Assembly (NCBI RefSeq): GCF_900083515.1
Contig: NZ_LT671858.1
Coordinates: 150,001 to 182,000 of the forward strand
DNA: 32,000 nt
Direction: 5' to 3'
Source of the DNA: Cuniculiplasma divulgatum
GTDB lineage: Archaea > Thermoplasmatota > Thermoplasmata > Thermoplasmatales > Thermoplasmataceae
Both the position numbers and the translations under genes were made by a program. How positions within the stretch are numbered: the first letter of the stretch is position 1; each line of letters begins with the position of its first letter. Below are positions 20,704-24,935 of this stretch, in pieces. Under the pieces are notes generated by a model, which was not told where the DNA came from, ran no database searches, and was given only the letters and a program-made list of their open reading frames with translations.

Positions 20704-20730
20704 TATTTTTTATACTTTTTTATTTTTTTG
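20704..20730 (+). terminator. Oligo-T archaeal terminator-like tract (T6, T6, T7)
   Basis: The sequence tattttttatacttttttattttttt lies directly downstream of the 23-codon ORF. Confidence 0.5.
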
Positions 20731-20852
20731 AAAATCAAGAAATGGAGTAAGTAAACATTTTTTAAGATATGATTTTTCCGAGTCGGACTATCATACTTGT
20801 GTCAGTAATGGGGTTTTATTTTCTCATAAAAATAGGGACCAAACCACCCTTA

Positions 20853-20883
20853 TTCTTGTTCAAACTTCTTTTGAAGAAGTTTG
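20853..20883. repeat. Palindromic motif copy 0 (ttcttgt-t-caaacttctt-ttg-aagaagtttg)
   Basis: 10-bp perfect inverted arms with a 3-nt spacer, preceded by ttcttgt. The architecture is the same as at 21324 and 21361. Confidence 0.7.
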
Positions 20884-21032
20884 TCGCAAAGGAAAGCCCG
20901 TATTATTAAATCTGAAATTTTAAGGGCTTTCCTGCGAACCCCCTCCTCCGCCGAGCGTAGCAGGTCTGAACGAAGTGAAGACCCGAAGTGTCCCGAAGGG
21001 ACACGTAGCCCACACGTGCATAGCACGGGTGG

Positions 21033-21050
21033 GTGCGAAGCACAGGGCAC
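21033..21050. repeat. Left arm of the 18-bp perfect long-range inverted repeat (gtgcgaagcacagggcac)
   Basis: Its reverse complement, gtgccctgtgcttcgcac, occurs at 21279-21296. Confidence 0.85.
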
Positions 21051-21278
21051 GGGGGGTCGGTGGACAGCCCGAAGGGCTGGACAAATCAGGATAATAGGCT
21101 GTTGCGAAGCAACAAGTGAACGCCGAAGGCGTACACGTGCCTATACCTGATTAGACCTCCGAGACGAGCGAAGGCAAAAAGAGGGGGGGAATTTGTGAGC
21201 GAAGCGAACAAAGGAGGGGTGAATTTTTGCCGTAGCGAAAGCCAAATCCTCCGTTCAGGAGGTTGGCGTGTCGCAGAG

Positions 21279-21296
21279 TGCCCTGTGCTTCGCACT
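21279..21296. repeat. Right arm of the 18-bp perfect long-range inverted repeat
   Basis: Exact reverse complement of 21033-21050. The arms are 228 nt apart. Confidence 0.85.
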
Positions 21297-21323
21297 TGTG
21301 CGTAGCGAGGCGGGGGCTTATTG

Positions 21324-21350
21324 CTCTTGTGGACTTCTCACGAGAAGTCC
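21324..21350. repeat. Palindromic motif copy 1 (ctcttgt-ggacttctc-acg-gagaagtcc)
   Basis: 9-bp perfect inverted arms with a 3-nt spacer, preceded by ctcttgt. Confidence 0.75.
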
Positions 21351-21360
21351 GTAATTATAG

Positions 21361-21387
21361 TTCTTGTAGACTTCTTTCAAGAAGTCT
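21361..21387. repeat. Palindromic motif copy 2 (ttcttgt-agacttctt-tca-aagaagtct)
   Basis: 9-bp perfect inverted arms with a 3-nt spacer, preceded by ttcttgt. It lies 37 bp from copy 1. Confidence 0.75.
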
Positions 21388-21461
21388 GAAATAAAAAGTA
21401 AAAGGAAATAAGGAGGGCATTAAGCGCCCCGTGTATTGACACACGGGGGCACGTGTGGCTC

Positions 21462-21641
21462 TCACGTGCTAAGCTTACGTGGTCGTTTAGCTGGTCTTTT
21501 ACTAACGTAATGTCTGTTGGATACTCTGCTGGCTGATAGTGTGAGCCATTTCCTGCACTTCGGACAATACCAATTCTCCGTTTCCTCTAACTGACATAAT
21601 GGCGTTCCGCAAAACATACACTTTATTCTGTATTCCTTCAT
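21462..21641 (-). CDS. Small zinc-ribbon protein, 59 aa (below the ORF-track cutoff)
   Basis: My own translation: MKEYRIKCMFCGTPLCQLEETENWYCPKCRKWLTLSASRVSNRHYVSKRPAKRPRKLST. It has a CxxC...CxxC arrangement plus a basic tail, and an ATGA overlap with the upstream gene's stop. Confidence 0.55.
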   Translation of the reverse strand: MKEYRIKCMFCGTPLCQLEETENWYCPKCRKWLTLSASRVSNRHYVSKRPAKRPRKLST

Positions 21642-21856
21642 TTCATTGCCTCCTTCCGCATTGCTTCATATTGCTCTGTCTTGGCCTTTAACTGCCGTTC
21701 TAACTGCTCTATTTTCGTGTGTGGGTCTACATATCCTTTATTCTCCTTATATTGCGATATGAGAAAATTCAGGACACGTGATAACTCCTTGTGCTTTGTG
21801 AGTTCCTCCACGAATTCCACGTTTTCTGGCTCTATATGAAATGTAGTTATGTGCAT
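21638..21856 (-). CDS. Small protein, possibly ribbon-helix-helix plus coiled coil
   Basis: The ORF track gives 21638..21859 with a GTG start; the ATG at 21856 overlaps the upstream stop (TGATG). The N-terminus ITTFHIEPENVEFVEELTK...SRVLNFLISQY has a beta-alpha-alpha pattern. Confidence 0.5.
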   Translation of the reverse strand: MHITTFHIEPENVEFVEELTKHKELSRVLNFLISQYKENKGYVDPHTKIEQLERQLKAKTEQYEAMRKEAMK

Positions 21857-22194
21857 CACTTACTCACCTCTGCCTTGTGCAATATGATTGCCTTGTAGTA
21901 GCTGTTCCCTGATTTCCTGCTAATGAGTTTATCCAATACGAAAAAGGTATCAGGTTTTAGATAGCCTAAATCGTATTGCTCGTTCAATACTGATGAGCCA
22001 TAGAAAGATACAATCTGTCCGTCAGAAGTCCGTTTTGCGTAATAGATATATAGCTCTGCCTCCTGACCTTCCCTTTCTATTTTCGTTTTTTCTACACTTG
22101 AGAGTTGTAGCTCCTCTCCTATGAGAACGTCCTTTTCCACTTGTAGCATACCTTCGGTATGCTTTTGTTCGTCTGTGTTTTCTTGTTCAGCCAT
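21856..22194 (-). CDS. Hypothetical protein, 112 aa
   Basis: ORF in the co-directional chain, coupled to the downstream gene. No motif recognised. Confidence 0.5.
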   Translation of the reverse strand: MAEQENTDEQKHTEGMLQVEKDVLIGEELQLSSVEKTKIEREGQEAELYIYYAKRTSDGQIVSFYGSSVLNEQYDLGYLKPDTFFVLDKLISRKSGNSYYKAIILHKAEVSK

Positions 22195-22453
22195 TCAATC
22201 ACAATAATATTGGGTAGAAAAGATATAATAAGGTATCTGCAATGAATATTGAAGCAAAGTAAAAGATAGTCATATTACTTGGAATATAGCTGAAAAGAAA
22301 TGCACAATGTAAGATATGGATATATATTTATATCTTGATGTTCATATATTATATACGGGCATATTCTCGGTTATATAACTTGGAATAATTAAAAGGGAAT
22401 GGTGAGCAAAATATAAAAGCACCACGAAAACAATAGATTTTTTGTTGTTGTTT

Positions 22454-22618
22454 CTATCCGTTCGTCTGTGCTGGTTTCTCTGTTCGCAATATAGCGTTTA
22501 GACGCTTTTTTTGCTGTTCTTCCTCCTCACACATAGGGCAACACTCCTTGAGCCTTGAGCCGATAAGGAATAGATGGCCTCTTTGGTGTATGTGTATTAG
22601 AGGGTATATTTCTTGCAT
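22454..22618 (-). CDS. Small Cys/His-rich protein, 54 aa (below the ORF-track cutoff)
   Basis: My own translation: MQEIYPLIHIHQRGHLFLIGSRLKECCPMCEEEEQQKKRLNAILRTEKPAQTNG. GGTGG lies 5 nt upstream of the ATG. Confidence 0.4.
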   Translation of the reverse strand: MQEIYPLIHIHQRGHLFLIGSRLKECCPMCEEEEQQKKRLNAILRTEKPAQTNG

Positions 22619-22705
22619 TTTGCCACCATAAATATAACGAAAAATAGGATATAAACTTTATCGGGGAAACGTGGCGGTGGCAAAGCCACGCTCCCTAAGA
22701 AATCG

Positions 22706-22834
22706 TTATTTTCGCAACAACGAGCTTAAAAAGAGGGTGGTGTGCATACATTCTACGCATAGCCCTGAATTATTGACCGCTGTTATCCCTGCTTCCTCGT
22801 CATCTATCCTGACCTTGCATATTCTACACTTCAT
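22706..22834 (-). CDS. Small zinc-ribbon protein, 42 aa (below the ORF-track cutoff)
   Basis: My own translation: MKCRICKVRIDDEEAGITAVNNSGLCVECMHTTLFLSSLLRK (CxxC-19-CxxC). The ATG lies 1 nt after the upstream stop. The same 11-nt junction, atgaaatgaag, precedes the other zinc-ribbon ORF at 21636-21646. Confidence 0.5.
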   Translation of the reverse strand: MKCRICKVRIDDEEAGITAVNNSGLCVECMHTTLFLSSLLRK

Positions 22835-22835
22835 T

Positions 22836-23192
22836 TCATCGCCTTAACAAATGTCCTAAGCGTTCCTTATCGTATTCTTGCATTTCCTCTTTGCTGGCTC
22901 TTTCCAATACGACAACGTCCTCTTTTCCGTATTTTGCGTATGAGAACTTAATGTATTGTGCCTCTGCACAACTGCCGTCCCGATATACAGGATAATATAT
23001 GCCTATTCCCTCCCTCTCGCCATAGCGTATCTCGGAAAATACAGAAGGAGTAAAAAGCTCCTTTTCAATCGTAATCACTGACCCTGCTCCAAAAGATAAC
23101 AAAGTGTGTAATTCATTTTCCGTCCGCCATTTCATCGTTTTTATGTCGTTTTTTCTCTCCTTCCCATTTCTTTCAGCTTCCATTTTTCTCAC
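22836..23192 (-). CDS. Hypothetical protein, 118 aa
   Basis: ORF in the co-directional chain. No motif recognised. Confidence 0.5.
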   Translation of the reverse strand: MRKMEAERNGKERKNDIKTMKWRTENELHTLLSFGAGSVITIEKELFTPSVFSEIRYGEREGIGIYYPVYRDGSCAEAQYIKFSYAKYGKEDVVVLERASKEEMQEYDKERLGHLLRR

Positions 23193-23340
23193 CTATAAAG
23201 TGTGAAATCCTTGCGTGATACCTTCCTTTTTTGTGTTCCTTAACGTGCAAGACTACGTGCTTTCTCCTTCCCTCCTCGAACCATTCTATTGTTATGAGAA
23301 AACTAATCAGTTTTCCCTTCGGTGCATTGGGTATTTTCAT
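23173..23340 (-). CDS. Hypothetical small basic protein, 55 aa (below the ORF-track cutoff)
   Basis: My own translation: MKIPNAPKGKLISFLITIEWFEEGRRKHVVLHVKEHKKGRYHARISHFIGEKNGS. It overlaps the start of the 118-aa ORF by 20 nt. Confidence 0.35.
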   Translation of the reverse strand: MKIPNAPKGKLISFLITIEWFEEGRRKHVVLHVKEHKKGRYHARISHFIGEKNGS

Positions 23341-23373
23341 ACTCTCACTTATTATATTTGAAAAGATAGATAT

Positions 23374-23643
23374 TTATAGATTTACCTCCATTTCCTCTGT
23401 CTTAAGAACTACAATAATTCTGATGAAATATGAGCATACAGCTATTGCAATGAAAGACCAAAGAAAAGTAATTCCAATTAATTCAATCCACATTCCTGTA
23501 ATAGACGCTGGGCTATTCGTTGTAGCGTCCTGCACGGATACACGAACAATAATCATTAGGAAAGCCAGAAAATATGTAAAGAAAACTGCAAAAATAGAGA
23601 TAATAAGCTTAAGCCACGCAATCTCTTTTTTTTCTGATTTCAA
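23374..23643 (-). CDS. Small membrane protein (2-3 TM helices)
   Basis: Two or three strongly hydrophobic segments. The TTG start overlaps the upstream stop (TTGA). Confidence 0.45.
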   Translation of the reverse strand: MKSEKKEIAWLKLIISIFAVFFTYFLAFLMIIVRVSVQDATTNSPASITGMWIELIGITFLWSFIAIAVCSYFIRIIVVLKTEEMEVNL

Positions 23644-23927
23644 AAGATGGCAATTTCCTCGCCTCCCTCGTCAATACGGATTTTCGGTTTCCTAAATAGA
23701 CGATATTCTATCTCTACCCTACTTCCTGATTTCCTGCCTATTACTGCACTATTGGGGTGTTCATATTTGATTTGTGCCAATTCCTGTCTGAATTCACGAT
23801 ACATATTTTGTTGCATTGCCATAACCGATAATACAGGATTGTGTCCGTATTCTGCGTTCCTTGCCCTCTTTTTTAGCTCTCGTAATTCATTCACATTAAC
23901 GGCTTCCATTTCCATTATCTCGCTCAT
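23640..23927 (-). CDS. Hypothetical protein, 95 aa
   Basis: ORF in the chain, with an ATGA overlap with the upstream small ORF. Confidence 0.5.
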   Translation of the reverse strand: MSEIMEMEAVNVNELRELKKRARNAEYGHNPVLSVMAMQQNMYREFRQELAQIKYEHPNSAVIGRKSGSRVEIEYRLFRKPKIRIDEGGEEIAIF

Positions 23928-24097
23928 TCTTTATCACCTCCTTTCCGAGTCTCTTTCCCCTGCTTATTTACCGCTTTCTCAATTTCACGATATACTATGT
24001 CGTCTATTTGCTCTCCCAGCATATTAATGCGGTTAGCTTCCCGCTCCTCGCAAAGTATCTCTCTTATTTTTATCTTTGTTTTGTAATCTAAATTCAT
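23924..24097 (-). CDS. Hypothetical small protein, 57 aa (below the ORF-track cutoff)
   Basis: My own translation: MNLDYKTKIKIREILCEEREANRINMLGEQIDDIVYREIEKAVNKQGKETRKGGDKE. GGAGGAGG lies 7 nt upstream, and there are ATGA overlaps at both ends. Confidence 0.5.
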   Translation of the reverse strand: MNLDYKTKIKIREILCEEREANRINMLGEQIDDIVYREIEKAVNKQGKETRKGGDKE

Positions 24098-24234
24098 TTT
24101 TTAACCTCCTCCTCGTCTTCTTCCTTATAGCCTGCCGTCCACTTTACAAAATCATCTAATGCGTCTGTCCTCTTCTTATTATCTTTCTGCATCTTCTTTA
24201 TCTGACGGTTCAAGAACCAATCTCTTATGCTCAT
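24094..24234 (-). CDS. Hypothetical small charged protein, 46 aa (below the ORF-track cutoff)
   Basis: My own translation: MSIRDWFLNRQIKKMQKDNKKRTDALDDFVKWTAGYKEEDEEEVKK. There are ATGA overlaps at both ends. Confidence 0.45.
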   Translation of the reverse strand: MSIRDWFLNRQIKKMQKDNKKRTDALDDFVKWTAGYKEEDEEEVKK

Positions 24235-24935
24235 TCATTATCACCTCCTTGCGTGAGCTTCGCTCTTTCTTCGGGGGTCGTCCCGCTCTTTGCTTTCAGC
24301 TTCTCTAACTCAGTCTGATATTCTCGAATTTTCTCATTAGCCAATTTCCTTCCCTCCTCTGTTGTTGCTTGAGCATACTTCTGTTGCCATAAATTCAGTA
24401 ATCGTGCCAATTCCTCTTTAGTGTGTATCATTACAGGCTCTCTTTCTGCCGTTTCGTTGCCTGGCTCTTCTTCTTTTGATTTAAATTTTTTCTCGTATTT
24501 TTTCCTCGCTCTATCCTCTGGTGAAGTCCAATATGTTCTTGTAAGCAAAGCGTGGATTGGTGGATATAAGTCAAAATACCAAACCACGTCAATAATTAAT
24601 AAACTAATACTCATAGAACTTTGCAATATCGGGTTTTCCAGAGATACCCACGAAAAAGAATAAAGCCCTGTAAAAGAAAAAGCGTAGACCATCGCTACAA
24701 TACCTAAAACTTCCAAAAAAATCATAATTACAAACCAGATAATAATGTCAATAAAAGCGATGGCAAAAGAAAAAATGAGTGGGTAAAAGAGCCAATTCGG
24801 AACGAATGTGTATTGTGGTAATGTGTTCCACGGAACTTGTTGGAAAAAGATAGGAAAGTTAAAAAATATGAACAATAAGGATAGAATGATAAGCCTATGT
24901 TTATAGTTAAAATTCTGCTTCCCCACGATATTCAT
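24231..24935 (-). CDS. Membrane protein (about 4 TM helices) with a C-terminal charged coiled-coil tail
   Basis: Hydrophobic N-terminal 140 aa and a Lys/Glu-rich helical C-terminus. There is an ATGA overlap with the ATPase gene. Confidence 0.6.
   Translation of the reverse strand: MNIVGKQNFNYKHRLIILSLLFIFFNFPIFFQQVPWNTLPQYTFVPNWLFYPLIFSFAIAFIDIIIWFVIMIFLEVLGIVAMVYAFSFTGLYSFSWVSLENPILQSSMSISLLIIDVVWYFDLYPPIHALLTRTYWTSPEDRARKKYEKKFKSKEEEPGNETAEREPVMIHTKEELARLLNLWQQKYAQATTEEGRKLANEKIREYQTELEKLKAKSGTTPEERAKLTQGGDNE

Larger units (their letters stand above)
20884..21461. other. GC-rich non-coding hairpin-dense block (candidate replication origin or structured RNA of the element)
   Basis: By eye there are 9 CGAAG plus 1 CTTCG within 20971-21292. 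Several are perfect mini-hairpins: gtgtccc-gaa-gggacac at 20988-21004, cagccc-gaa-gggctg at 21065-21079, gttgc-gaa-gcaac at 21101-21113 and acgcc-gaa-ggcgt at 21120-21132. There is also a 9-bp stem ggaaagccc/gggctttcc at 20891-20932, cctcc-gttca-ggagg at 21248-21262 and ccccgtgt-attgac-acacgggg at 21427-21448. The only ORFs here are Arg-rich and low-complexity. Confidence 0.7.

Noticed and set aside
20780-20848. Short matches to the tRNA (gtgtcag, atcatac) and gggaccaaacc against gggcccgaccg, at the compositional boundary, considered as attL candidates.
   Set aside because: The 7-mers are in the opposite order to that in the tRNA, and the third match is only 7 of 11 positions. This is not convincing.
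20886-20900. aaaggaaagcccg resembles the RNase P RNA CR-I motif (GAGGAAAGUCCGG).
   Set aside because: No other RNase P conserved regions are visible nearby (CR-II to CR-V, or ACAGAA...GGCUUA). The location inside a mobile element also makes a housekeeping RNA unlikely.
20769-20909. A 46-codon plus-strand ORF (MIFPSRTIILVSVMGFYFLIKIGTKPPLFLFKLLLKKFVAKESPYY) downstream of the 23-aa gene.
   Set aside because: It has no SD or TATA. It runs straight through palindrome copy 0 and into the 9-bp stem at 20891, so it is probably a by-product of AT-rich and palindromic sequence.
20924-20950. gggctttcctgcgaaccccctcctccg resembles the tRNA-Val 3' half (gggcccgaccggattcgaaccggtgacctcctccg). It shares gggc, cgaacc and cctcctccg in the same order, so it is a possible decayed attL.
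   Set aside because: It aligns only with two gaps and several mismatches, inside a region already rich in GC words. I cannot distinguish it from chance without a proper alignment and statistics. It is worth a formal check but is not claimed.
20850-21295. Three ORF-track entries in the GC-rich block: 20850-21050 (-), 20881-21150 (+) and 21086-21295 (-).
   Set aside because: Their translations are Arg/Gly/Ser-rich and low-complexity. They overlap one another on both strands and are generated by the CGAAG/hairpin repeats. There is no SD or start context. I treat the region as non-coding.
23231-24027. Plus-strand ORFs at 23231-23695 (154 aa) and 23647-24027 (126 aa) inside the element.
   Set aside because: They lie antisense to a continuous chain of translationally coupled minus-strand genes with SD motifs. 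No start signals are present, so they are likely shadow ORFs.
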